From contig JAYODI010000027.1 in the NCBI GenBank assembly GCA_038279365.1, positions 36,021 to 61,704 on the forward strand: a DNA stretch of 25,684 nt, in the 5' to 3' direction. The notes beneath the pieces were generated by a model, which had not been told where the DNA came from, searched no databases, and saw only the letters and a program-made list of their open reading frames with translations. Below, one piece after another: positions 17,078 to 25,684 of this stretch. Within the stretch, counting starts at the first letter, position 1. Each line of letters begins with the position of its first letter. The stretch is from Candidatus Latescibacterota bacterium (GTDB lineage: Bacteria > Latescibacterota > UBA2968). The position numbers and the translations under genes are program-made.

Positions 17078-18193
17078 ATGAAAATCACCGATATCACAGC
17101 CATTGTACTGCGCTTGCCCCATGTAACTGCCGATTGTGATGGCACACAAGACACCTGCCTCATTCGCATAGACACCGATGAAAACATAACGGGTTGGGGC
17201 GAAGTTGATTCATGTCCATCAGTGGTAAAAGCCATCATAGATGCCCCCCTCTCACACCAAATCTGCAATGGCATGGCCAATGCCTTGCATGGGCAAGATC
17301 CACTATCTATAGATGTGTGCATGCAAAAACTTGATCAAGCCGCCAACTATTATGGCCGCACAGCAGTAGGCGCTCATGCGATGGCTGGTATCAACATTGC
17401 CCTCTGGGATATCGCAGGGAAAACCCACAATTGCCCCATTTACCAACTTTTTGGAGGGCCGCATAAAACAAAATTCCGCGCCTATTGCTCCATCCTGTTT
17501 GGAAATACCCCACAAGAAACAGGAGAACGGGCGCGGAAACATGCCGATTTGGGTTTTACGGCCATTAAGTTTGGTTGGGGGCCGATGGGGCAAAGCGAAA
17601 AAAACGATATCGCCTTGGTGCACGAAGCCAGAAAAGGCGCGGGCGACAACATCGACATACTCATTGATGCAGGGCAGGTCTGGAATTGGAAAACAGCGCT
17701 CAAACGCGCCCATCAATTTCTCGAATACCGCCCCTTTTTGCTCGAAGAACCCCTACACCCCGAAGACGTTTCAGGTTATGCCCACCTCACCGCCGAAAGT
17801 CCATTGCCCATCGCTACGGGTGAAGCAGAAGCGCGTTATATCGACTTCGAGCGCCTCATCACCCAAGGCGGTTTGGATTGGATTCAGCCCGACCCAGGGC
17901 GGTGTGGCATTTCCAACTTTGTCGAAGCCGGGCGCATGGCCTATCGCCACCATCGTAAAGTGGTTAACCACAGTTTCAAAAGTGGCATCACCATCGCCGC
18001 ATCTCTCCACGCTTTGGCAGCCGTTCCCCACGGAGACATATTCGAATATTGTATGGCCGACTCACCCCTTCGCCACGACCTCACACACGAATCATTCAAC
18101 ATCGACCACGAAGGTTATGTTCATGTGCCCAACGCACCAGGCCTTGGTGTGACCATCAACCAAGATACCATAGACAAATACCGCGTGGCATAA
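17078..18193 (+). CDS. Mandelate racemase/muconate lactonizing enzyme family protein
   Basis: Start at ATG 17078 after GGAG (MKITDI); IDTDE.ITGWGE, INIALWDIAGK, GFTAIKFGW, IDAG/LEEP/TGE ligands, QPD, NHSF, FEY, PGLGV. Confidence 0.9.
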   Translation: MKITDITAIVLRLPHVTADCDGTQDTCLIRIDTDENITGWGEVDSCPSVVKAIIDAPLSHQICNGMANALHGQDPLSIDVCMQKLDQAANYYGRTAVGAHAMAGINIALWDIAGKTHNCPIYQLFGGPHKTKFRAYCSILFGNTPQETGERARKHADLGFTAIKFGWGPMGQSEKNDIALVHEARKGAGDNIDILIDAGQVWNWKTALKRAHQFLEYRPFLLEEPLHPEDVSGYAHLTAESPLPIATGEAEARYIDFERLITQGGLDWIQPDPGRCGISNFVEAGRMAYRHHRKVVNHSFKSGITIAASLHALAAVPHGDIFEYCMADSPLRHDLTHESFNIDHEGYVHVPNAPGLGVTINQDTIDKYRVA

Positions 18194-18200
18194 CCAAATG

Positions 18201-19277
18201 TTACTCCAAAAAACCACGCACACCGTCGCCCTTACCTGCCACAGGACGGTGAATCACAACGTGTTGTCCATCGTTCACACCTGCTTGATAGGCATCTGTC
18301 ATACGCACACCACCACCTTGCCGGGTTTGTACATTGGGGTTCAGATATCGAAAATAGGTCTGCAACTGTGCATCGCCTTTCCAAATCAGTGCCTGCGTTT
18401 TGGCCAGCGATTGTGTTTGTGATTCCAATTTCTGATAAAATCCAGCCAATACCCCAGCAAAATATCGCTGGCGTTCCCGATTGTTTTTGACGTTTTGTGT
18501 CAGGCGATAGGTTTGCCACAACTCATCCAACACGCGTATCAAATAGTCATAAACATAAACAGCCATATCCAAATTTTCGGGTGTACCAAACACTTGCATC
18601 ACGGTTCCCAGCTGATCGCGATGCACATCATAGCTTTGTACCCAAAGTACTTCCACAAAAAAGAACCGACCCAAAAGCGACCCCAGCCAAAGTTCAGCCG
18701 ACGTATGTCTGCCCTTTACGTCACCTAAGCATCGCATTTCAAACCGGCGTTCCCGATCCAATGCCACCAAATCGATGTTGTATTTCATCAGCAATTGATG
18801 TGCTTTTTGCATAGCCGCTTGTGCTTCGTGTTCATTGGGGCTATTGGCCAACGAAAGCACTTTTTGTAACAAATGCAAAATGCGATCATCTTCCGTAACT
18901 TCAACCATCAAATCATCTGCACTTGCACGCGCCTTTGCGCTACATCGCAATTTTTCACACGCCAAATGAAAAGACGCACCATGCGGGTCTTCATCGTGAA
19001 CCTGAAGCACTTCATCCACATATTGGTGCGCCATCTCATGTCGCAAGGTGTCCATCACAGACAACCACGCATCGCGCTGAACGTGTACATCCGAAATCAC
19101 CAACGTGCGTCGTTCACGTTGCCAATGCCCCAATGTGGTTCTCCCCTCACCCAAACGAATGACGGGCAACCGCATCGCATCATTTAAATAAAGCGTATTA
19201 TAATGCTGCCACCACATCACCAACTTGCGTGTCCAAGCGGCGCGCAAGTCGGCAAGAAGTGCATCATTTTGTGTCAT
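18201..19277 (-). CDS. SprT-like zinc metalloprotease domain fused to DUF2786-type domain
   Basis: LG.W, TLRHEMAHQ (HExxH) and PHG..F...C as in SprT; KVLSLA.SPNEHEAQAAM.KA..LL.KYNI is a DUF2786-type helix hairpin; C-terminal AY.AG..DG. TAATG overlap with dapF. Confidence 0.8.
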   Translation of the reverse strand: MTQNDALLADLRAAWTRKLVMWWQHYNTLYLNDAMRLPVIRLGEGRTTLGHWQRERRTLVISDVHVQRDAWLSVMDTLRHEMAHQYVDEVLQVHDEDPHGASFHLACEKLRCSAKARASADDLMVEVTEDDRILHLLQKVLSLANSPNEHEAQAAMQKAHQLLMKYNIDLVALDRERRFEMRCLGDVKGRHTSAELWLGSLLGRFFFVEVLWVQSYDVHRDQLGTVMQVFGTPENLDMAVYVYDYLIRVLDELWQTYRLTQNVKNNRERQRYFAGVLAGFYQKLESQTQSLAKTQALIWKGDAQLQTYFRYLNPNVQTRQGGGVRMTDAYQAGVNDGQHVVIHRPVAGKGDGVRGFLE

Positions 19278-20149
19278 TAACCACCTAATTCTCGCACAAA
19301 AGAAGCACTTAATGCTCCGCGCCCCACTTCGGCAACAGGGCCTTGCATGGTGAGGTTAAATTGGTCATCCACATCAATCTTCAAATTACCACCCGGTGCT
19401 TTCACGGTCACCTGAGACTTCACAAGCCCCAACTTAACAGCTGCACTGGCAGCCGCACAAGACGACGAGCCCGAAGCTTGGGTTTCACCGGCACCGCGCT
19501 CCCAAATAAGAATGTAAATTTCTTTTGGGCCTGTTGGTACAGCCAACTGCACATTGATGCGTTTTGGAAAAATCGAATGGTTTTCCAACTCGGGCCCTAA
19601 ACGCAACAAATCTTCACGCGTCCACTTTTGGCCTTTCGGCTTAAACACCACGCAGTGGGGGTTGCCCACACTCACGCCCGTAAACACCAATTTTTCGCCT
19701 GCCGCCGTGATCGGTTGTTCAATCAATTCATCTACTTTCAAAGAGCAAGGCAAAGCCTTGGGTGCAAATGTGGCCTGACCCATCTCTACGGTTGCGGCAC
19801 TGGCATCTCCATGTTTGTCAATGTGCAAATCAATGCTCACCAACCCACCCAACGTATCTACGGTAAATGATTTTTTACGCGTTTTTTTTGTGGCATGTAA
19901 ATACCGTGCAAAAATGCGCAACCCATTGCCAGACTTTTCGGCCTCACTGCCATCGGGGTTCCAAATGCGCAAACCAAAATCGGCCTTTTTTGAATCTTCC
20001 AATGTCAAAATACCGTCGCTGCCCACGCCCCAATTTCGGTCGCAAATGCGTTGAATGCGTTTGGGGGTAAGCTTAAATGTCAGTTCTTTTGGGTCCATCA
20101 CGATATAATCATTCCCCAACCCATGACCTTTAAAAAAACCGTTCTTCAT
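19277..20149 (-). CDS. dapF: Diaminopimelate epimerase, Ser/Ser catalytic variant
   Basis: FFKGHGLGNDY, CDR..GVGSDG, I.NPDGSEAE.SGNG.R, SVGNPHCV, FP.R.NV, WERGAGET.ASGS, PGG.L; GAGGAG RBS before ATG 20149. Confidence 0.88.
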   Translation of the reverse strand: MKNGFFKGHGLGNDYIVMDPKELTFKLTPKRIQRICDRNWGVGSDGILTLEDSKKADFGLRIWNPDGSEAEKSGNGLRIFARYLHATKKTRKKSFTVDTLGGLVSIDLHIDKHGDASAATVEMGQATFAPKALPCSLKVDELIEQPITAAGEKLVFTGVSVGNPHCVVFKPKGQKWTREDLLRLGPELENHSIFPKRINVQLAVPTGPKEIYILIWERGAGETQASGSSSCAAASAAVKLGLVKSQVTVKAPGGNLKIDVDDQFNLTMQGPVAEVGRGALSASFVRELGG

Positions 20150-20210
20150 AATCACTCCTCTATCTTGTTAATTGTATCAACCACCCCAAAACCATCAAAG
20201 GTGACCTGTT

Positions 20211-21182
20211 TCAATCTTTCCACACCAACATCACCGCCATCGTTTCATCCAATCGTTTATACAACAATTCAAATGCATCGGCAGCATCATTAAAATGAAA
20301 CCGATGGGTTACCATCTGATCCGTTCCTATTTTGCCATCCATGAGCAATTGCATCGCCACATCTGCACCAGCAGGGCGTTTTGTTGCATCCAAATACCCA
20401 CCAATTAAACGTTTGCCCTGAATCTTAGAAGAATCCAAAGGCAATGGCTCATCTTCATATAAACCCAAAACTTGCAGCAACCCTCCTCTCGCAACCATAT
20501 CTTGTGCCTGCACAAAGGCCTTTGCCCCTTGCCGACCACCAACCGCTTCAACCACCACATCGGCACCTTTGCCATTTGTTAAGTCTTTTACAGCCTCAAC
20601 CGGGTCACACACTCCTGCATGAATGACCTCATCAGCCCCCAATGCCTTTGCCATATCACATCGCAATTGCAGGGCATCTATTGCAATTACCCGGCACCCC
20701 AACAATGCTTTGGCCACTTGCATACACCCACTGCCCACCAAGCCTTGCCCCAAAATAACCATTGTATCATCGGCAGTTGCACCCGTTTCTTGCATCCACA
20801 AAACAGAGCTGGTTACCAGGGGCCAAAATGTTGCTGCCTCAGCAGAAACCAAGTCGGGCAATGCAATAACAGAAGGCTTGTGTGGTGCATTTGTCACCTC
20901 AATCGCCACAAACTCGGCATGAGGTGCCAAGGCCGCCACACGCTCACCCATCGAAAAGTCATCAACTTGTGATCCAACTTGCACAACAGACCCCGCAAAA
21001 GAATACCCCATCATCTTGGGGTCTATGGCTTCTTCACGGGTATATCGCCGCCAAATTTCAGATCCTCGACTAATGAGCGTGCGTTCTGCACGAAGCAGAA
21101 CTTCACTTTCGCGAATCTCTGGTACAGATATTTCTTCAATTTCAATACGCCCCACACCCTCAGGCTTAATCACGCGTTTCAT
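20211..21182 (-). CDS. Medium-chain dehydrogenase/reductase (zinc-binding ADH superfamily), apparently without zinc ligands
   Basis: GroES-like N-terminus with LISRGSE and MGYS..G.V..VG..V..F..GERV, GQGLVG Rossmann motif, IAID, G.GADVVVEAVG, VTHRF. Confidence 0.85.
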   Translation of the reverse strand: MKRVIKPEGVGRIEIEEISVPEIRESEVLLRAERTLISRGSEIWRRYTREEAIDPKMMGYSFAGSVVQVGSQVDDFSMGERVAALAPHAEFVAIEVTNAPHKPSVIALPDLVSAEAATFWPLVTSSVLWMQETGATADDTMVILGQGLVGSGCMQVAKALLGCRVIAIDALQLRCDMAKALGADEVIHAGVCDPVEAVKDLTNGKGADVVVEAVGGRQGAKAFVQAQDMVARGGLLQVLGLYEDEPLPLDSSKIQGKRLIGGYLDATKRPAGADVAMQLLMDGKIGTDQMVTHRFHFNDAADAFELLYKRLDETMAVMLVWKD

Positions 21183-21207
21183 AAACCCCAAAACCTCTCA
21201 TCATGGA

Positions 21208-23508
21208 TTATATTATGGGCACCATCCAACGTTTTCCTGGGCTCAAAGACACCACCCGCCCATCTATCTCCACCTCGGCAATGCCATTTCCCACATTGGT
21301 AACTCGCATGCCTTTTTCTGATCGTTCTACCTGAATGGATGACGCCTTGTTCAACAACCACGTCTGATCATCCCAGGTCAAGCGCGTTCCTTCACACAAC
21401 ACAACCCGCGGTGTTTTGCGCCCCGTCAATTGTGCAAGCAAAACCTGCCCTTCAAACGTAATGTTTTCCCACGTCACAGCCCCCGGCATATAACTGCTAA
21501 TCAAAACCCACCGTTTTTTGCTGCGCGTTAAAATGATGCCACGCGCACGGTTTGCTGGAGACACATTGGCAACCACCAATTCTTCTGCAACAGGACGGTG
21601 TTTAAATATTTGCAACACCGCACCAAATGTAGAACGCCTCCGAACCCGCCGTCGTGCAACCACCATAGCCGTTTGCGCCTCACTCGGTGCCCCCAAACCC
21701 TCTCCTGCATTGTCATACCCCAACCCCGAAAACACCTCAGTAGGTTTGCGGCTGCCGATCATGGTCAAACGCAAACCCGCATCTTCCTGACGCCAAGTTG
21801 CTCGCCAACCGCCTTCGGGATCTCCTTTGCGCACATCCTGAATCATTTCATAACCATCGGCATCGCCAATGGGTTCTTTGCTGCGATTTCGTTTAAAATC
21901 AGTGCGCAATTGGCCACGACAATGCAACACCCAATCAAATACATGATGCTGCTCACCCGTCATACGATCTAAAAACAATACCGTGCTTTCAGTAAACAAC
22001 ACCGTACGTGACAAGCGCACCCCATTGTAAGCCTCTTCAGCAGAAATTCTTACCACATCAAAATCTTTTCCATTGGCCAATGCTTCCAACTGCCCCGTGC
22101 ATGGATTTTGCGATTTTTGATTCACCAAAAATGTATTGTGTGCAATCGTTTGTTTATACCACTTTTGATAAATTGGAATCCCATATGCCACAGACCCAGG
22201 ATCAGGTGCCAATACTTGACCCGAACCGTATAAAACAAACCCCAACTTATCAGGGTGCCCGTGTCCCCCCCCATGAGGGCCATAATCTAAAGCCAAATAA
22301 TTGGCATCTTCTTTTTTACCCTGGCGCAAATAAACAAAACCCGACCGGTTTAAATGGGTGCTGTGTTCTGTTTCGGGTATCTTTTCGGGTAAGGTAGGAA
22401 TACCATAGAGCAACGCATTTAGATTGTCGCGTTTGTTATCTACCAATGGCCAGGCAAATGACGGATCATTATAACGTGCCAACCCCACTTCATACAAAGG
22501 CGCCGTGTTTTTCAAATGTGGGCCACCCGAGTCATGAAAAGCGGGTAAACTGCCATCGGGCAACATGGCCTGCAAGGGCGCCGAAAACATTCGTTTTAAA
22601 TGAGAATCATACAAATCCAAACCACAATTTTTCAATGCTTCTGTCCATGCAAGCAAGGGGCGCATACCATAAAAATGGTAGCCCCAAGAACCTTCTTTCC
22701 AAAAACCATCCCCCAAAACACCTTGCTTGATCTGAGCCAAAATACCCACATCGCCATCAACGGCAAAAGAGACAAAATCTCGATCACGCAACATCAAACC
22801 CGCAGAACCAATGGCGGCATTGTGCCAACACTGAATATTGTGAATCCCAATATTATGCTTCATAATGAGACGTGTTGCCGGGCGCAACAATTGTTCGCGA
22901 ATGGCCTGATGATCGGCAGGCATAAGCACACCGGCATCGCGAATCAGGTCATAGCCTGCACAAACAGGTATCAACCAAACAGACTCGCCTAAGGTGCCCC
23001 AAGATACTTTGGTCGCCCACTTTGTATCTTCTTGCAAATTGTGGTCCCGAATGGGGTAATACGGGTATTGCTCTGCATAACCCAATAAAATTTGAGCCGC
23101 CTTACGCGCCGCATCGCGCTCCCCAGTTAAAGCATAATAGACACCCAAAGACAAAAGCGCTTGGCTCAACTCTTGATGCACCGCTGTTAATGGTACAGAA
23201 TCCCAGGGTTCTCCCGAATACACACGGTCACACTTAGAGCACTTGTGTTCGGTAGGTGAAACCGTTTCTAAGCGCACACCACAATCTTCACAAGCATACC
23301 AATGTGGCCATTGACCACCCTTTTCTGGAATATCAACCTTGCGTCCAAGCCAATCTTGTGCCTGTTGGGCTAACACATCAAAAGCACCTTTGGCCCAATC
23401 ACATGTTTCAACTTTGGCGTTAATAGATGCCACGTCATCTTCTCGCAGCACCAAACATGGCCCAGCAGCAGCCCCAATCAAATCCGATATTTCGATATTC
23501 ACAGCCAT
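21208..23508 (-). CDS. Heparinase II/III family protein, oligo-alginate lyase (PL17)-like
   Basis: LGESVW, YDLI, IHNIQCW, DGFWKEGS.GYHFY, PDG.LPAFHD, SGFVYLR, YGPHGGGHGHPDKL, PDPG...Y, W.KQT.AHNT..VN; GGAG RBS; no signal peptide. Confidence 0.82.
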   Translation of the reverse strand: MAVNIEISDLIGAAAGPCLVLREDDVASINAKVETCDWAKGAFDVLAQQAQDWLGRKVDIPEKGGQWPHWYACEDCGVRLETVSPTEHKCSKCDRVYSGEPWDSVPLTAVHQELSQALLSLGVYYALTGERDAARKAAQILLGYAEQYPYYPIRDHNLQEDTKWATKVSWGTLGESVWLIPVCAGYDLIRDAGVLMPADHQAIREQLLRPATRLIMKHNIGIHNIQCWHNAAIGSAGLMLRDRDFVSFAVDGDVGILAQIKQGVLGDGFWKEGSWGYHFYGMRPLLAWTEALKNCGLDLYDSHLKRMFSAPLQAMLPDGSLPAFHDSGGPHLKNTAPLYEVGLARYNDPSFAWPLVDNKRDNLNALLYGIPTLPEKIPETEHSTHLNRSGFVYLRQGKKEDANYLALDYGPHGGGHGHPDKLGFVLYGSGQVLAPDPGSVAYGIPIYQKWYKQTIAHNTFLVNQKSQNPCTGQLEALANGKDFDVVRISAEEAYNGVRLSRTVLFTESTVLFLDRMTGEQHHVFDWVLHCRGQLRTDFKRNRSKEPIGDADGYEMIQDVRKGDPEGGWRATWRQEDAGLRLTMIGSRKPTEVFSGLGYDNAGEGLGAPSEAQTAMVVARRRVRRRSTFGAVLQIFKHRPVAEELVVANVSPANRARGIILTRSKKRWVLISSYMPGAVTWENITFEGQVLLAQLTGRKTPRVVLCEGTRLTWDDQTWLLNKASSIQVERSEKGMRVTNVGNGIAEVEIDGRVVSLSPGKRWMVPII

Positions 23509-23520
23509 TGCATCTCCAAG

Positions 23521-24579
23521 CTATCCAGACCACGCCGTCTTAAAAAAACGAAGCCAATTTTCATGCATCACATTTTTAACATCTTCATCAGAATACCCAC
23601 GCTTTTGCAACAACACTGCCACTTTTTGTAAATCGACAATGGTATCCAAATCGTGTGGTGTTTGCTCAGTACCATATCCACCATCCAAATCACTGCCAAT
23701 ACCTGCATGCAATGTGTTTCCAGCCAATTGGCACACATGATCAATATGATCGGCAACAGCCTCTAAACTCACCACTTCGGGTTGGGTCTCTCCTTTAATC
23801 CAATCGGGATACAACATCCAAGCATCCAAGGCCGCGCCAATGACACCACCCCGTTTGATGACTTCTTTAAGTTGCTCATCTGTAAACTGACGTTCTCCTG
23901 GCACCAAAGATCGGCAGTTGTTATGGCTTGCCATAATGGATCCATTAAATATATCCACCGCTTCCCAAAATGCCTGATCGGCCAAATGTGTCACATCCAA
24001 AATCATACCCACCTGATCCATGGCCCGAAGCAAGGCAGGTCCCAAATCGGTTAAGCCACCCACTGTTCCTGTTCCATGAGCATAAGCACTTACACCATAA
24101 TGCGACAAACTCACAATGCGCAACCCGTCGTTCCACCACAGAGGTACTTGCTCGGGTGACACAATGGGGTCGGCCCCTTCCATGCTCAAAATAAAACCCA
24201 ATGGTGCTGCAGCACCGCGTGTGTTCCAATCTTTTAGATGTGCTTCCACCCCAGCCCAATCCGAAATCATGCGTACTTTGCCTTGCCACTCTAAAACCCG
24301 ATAGTAGGCCAGTTGTCCTTGTGCCTTGGCATAAGAAATTTCTTGGCAAGCCGCACCATCAGCTGGGCTATTGGGCCTTGCCGTTCTGGATATAACCGTT
24401 GCTACAGAAAGGCCAACCTCTCCCTTTCGCATCTCTGGAAATGCCGTTGTGCCACGCCCACGCCCTTTTTCGGTCATCCCTTGTTCATGTTCGCGAATCG
24501 CATGAACGGGCATATCCAAATTGCGATCCCAATTCAATGCATTCATCGACAAATCCAAATGAGCATCAATGAGTAACAT
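23521..24579 (-). CDS. Membrane dipeptidase family (peptidase M19) protein
   Basis: IDAHLD, LSMEGAD, GLR..SL.H, GLT.LG..L...M....MILDVTHL, ASHNNCR.L....RQ.TDEQ, DHIDHV, GIGSDLDGG, NWLRF; GGGAGG RBS before ATG 24579. Confidence 0.9.
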   Translation of the reverse strand: MLLIDAHLDLSMNALNWDRNLDMPVHAIREHEQGMTEKGRGRGTTAFPEMRKGEVGLSVATVISRTARPNSPADGAACQEISYAKAQGQLAYYRVLEWQGKVRMISDWAGVEAHLKDWNTRGAAAPLGFILSMEGADPIVSPEQVPLWWNDGLRIVSLSHYGVSAYAHGTGTVGGLTDLGPALLRAMDQVGMILDVTHLADQAFWEAVDIFNGSIMASHNNCRSLVPGERQFTDEQLKEVIKRGGVIGAALDAWMLYPDWIKGETQPEVVSLEAVADHIDHVCQLAGNTLHAGIGSDLDGGYGTEQTPHDLDTIVDLQKVAVLLQKRGYSDEDVKNVMHENWLRFFKTAWSG

Positions 24580-24602
24580 GCAAACCTCCCAACATCTTTC
24601 AA

Positions 24603-25684
24603 TTAACGTCTGTCCAAATTCATGACCCAATCATACATCTTGGCGGCACGCGCTACGGCGTGTGACACATCCTCTTTGACCATCAACCGCTTATCCACCA
24701 AATCCATAGCAGCCAAAGCCACCTTGCCCAAATAGGCGTCTCGGCTTTGATAACGCACAGCAAGAGAACGCCGATCATCTTCATCACGATCATCTTCGGT
24801 TAAAGCAAAAGGAACCCACATGCCAGCCAAACCCGCCAATGCATCAGAAGCACCCATTGCCGATGTGCGATAACGCCACCCCGTAAACGTACCCAATGGC
24901 ACAGAAACCTCAGGCATGCGAATGCCCAACAATTCATTGCCATCTTCATCCACTTGGGGCAACAACACAGGATAAGGGGCACCCATCTCTGGTGGTTCTA
25001 AATCTACAATCCCCTCAGACCATCGATCCCCCCAATTTAAACGCAGAGGCTCACGTATCCGTTTGGGCTGAGAAATATTGGGTATCATAGGCCACTTCAC
25101 ATCCGATAAAGCCACCAATGTGCCATCCGATACTTTCCCATAACAACTTTGTGGCGGTGCATCAACGTCTCTCACCCACTCATCCAAGGCCACCAACAAA
25201 GCACGCAAACCGTATCGAAAGTTGACCGTATTGGGTGGCAAATCAACCGTTCCCACAGGCACATCACCTGGACCATGTTGCGTACTTGCAAAATGGTAAA
25301 TACGCACCGATGGATGAATCTCAACATCTTTTTGACCCAAAATATCAGTATGGGTTAAAGAAGCCCCTCGATTCCAATATTCCGTTGACGTATTGGTATA
25401 AAAAATCTTCGGTGTTACCCCATCACGGTCACACACATCCAACAATCCACCCGATTGCCCAGTAATCGAATCGGTCTGAGACAAATCGTTAAAGGGAAAT
25501 TGCTCTGTGGGATAAAACACATCCGAATGTGCACTTGAATGGCGTGAGGGTTGTGCAAATCGGTGGTTAAATGAACCTTGCCCACCCCCTGCAACATTGG
25601 CCAAAACCCCATCCATCACCTTTCGGCCAGCTTCGTCCTTATTAAATCCTTGATACATCATATGACGCAAAAAACGCCCGCTTT
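24603..25684 (-). CDS. Alpha/beta hydrolase domain-containing protein, 5'-truncated by the window edge
   Basis: Frame is open to the edge and reads (Q)SGRFLRHM.Y.GFN.DE, consistent with the tail of a GxSQSG nucleophile motif; EYW.R.ASL, YHFASTQH, PQVD.DGNE..GIR.P.V.VPLGT.TGW, RSL..RY. Confidence 0.75.
   Translation of the reverse strand, partial: SGRFLRHMMYQGFNKDEAGRKVMDGVLANVAGGGQGSFNHRFAQPSRHSSAHSDVFYPTEQFPFNDLSQTDSITGQSGGLLDVCDRDGVTPKIFYTNTSTEYWNRGASLTHTDILGQKDVEIHPSVRIYHFASTQHGPGDVPVGTVDLPPNTVNFRYGLRALLVALDEWVRDVDAPPQSCYGKVSDGTLVALSDVKWPMIPNISQPKRIREPLRLNWGDRWSEGIVDLEPPEMGAPYPVLLPQVDEDGNELLGIRMPEVSVPLGTFTGWRYRTSAMGASDALAGLAGMWVPFALTEDDRDEDDRRSLAVRYQSRDAYLGKVALAAMDLVDKRLMVKEDVSHAVARAAKMYDWVMNLDRR

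Noticed and set aside
17376-18152. 258-aa alternate-frame ORF on the plus strand
   Set aside because: Lies entirely inside the enolase-family gene, Pro/Ser/Thr-rich frame artefact with no family features.
1-25684. CRISPR array, tRNA/rRNA, transposase, integrase or prophage genes
   Set aside because: No repeat-spacer periodicity or such protein motifs seen; all intergenic gaps are under about 270 nt and show no cloverleaf-like pattern by eye.

Overview
Gene-dense bacterial chromosomal window with 24 CDS (16 on the minus strand, 8 on the plus; the last is cut by the window edge). I found no rRNA, tRNA, CRISPR array or mobile element. Most genes are paralog-rich, apparently cytoplasmic catabolic enzymes: three mandelate-racemase-subgroup enolase-superfamily dehydratases, four uronate-dehydrogenase-like extended SDRs (two in tandem), two PhyH-family dioxygenases, a PL22-like oligogalacturonate lyase propeller, a heparinase II/III (PL17-like) lyase carrying a CxxC-CxxC insert, a 678-aa lyase-like unknown, an MDR, an M19 dipeptidase and an alpha/beta hydrolase. 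This mix suggests a Latescibacterota/Poribacteria-like organism, which is inference only. In the middle (7.6-13.0 kb) are a stand-alone sigma-70 factor and five membrane-protein genes. The best candidate for an undescribed system is a translationally coupled three-gene operon: a secreted, C-terminally anchored lectin-like protein, a 5-TM MotA/TolQ/ExbB-like subunit and an atypical ExbD-like subunit, with no TonB/TolA. It converges on two membrane-anchored coiled-coil proteins. Also notable is a DapF with both catalytic cysteines replaced by serine, coupled to a SprT-like/DUF2786 metalloprotease gene. All family calls come from motif recognition by eye; no database search was run.
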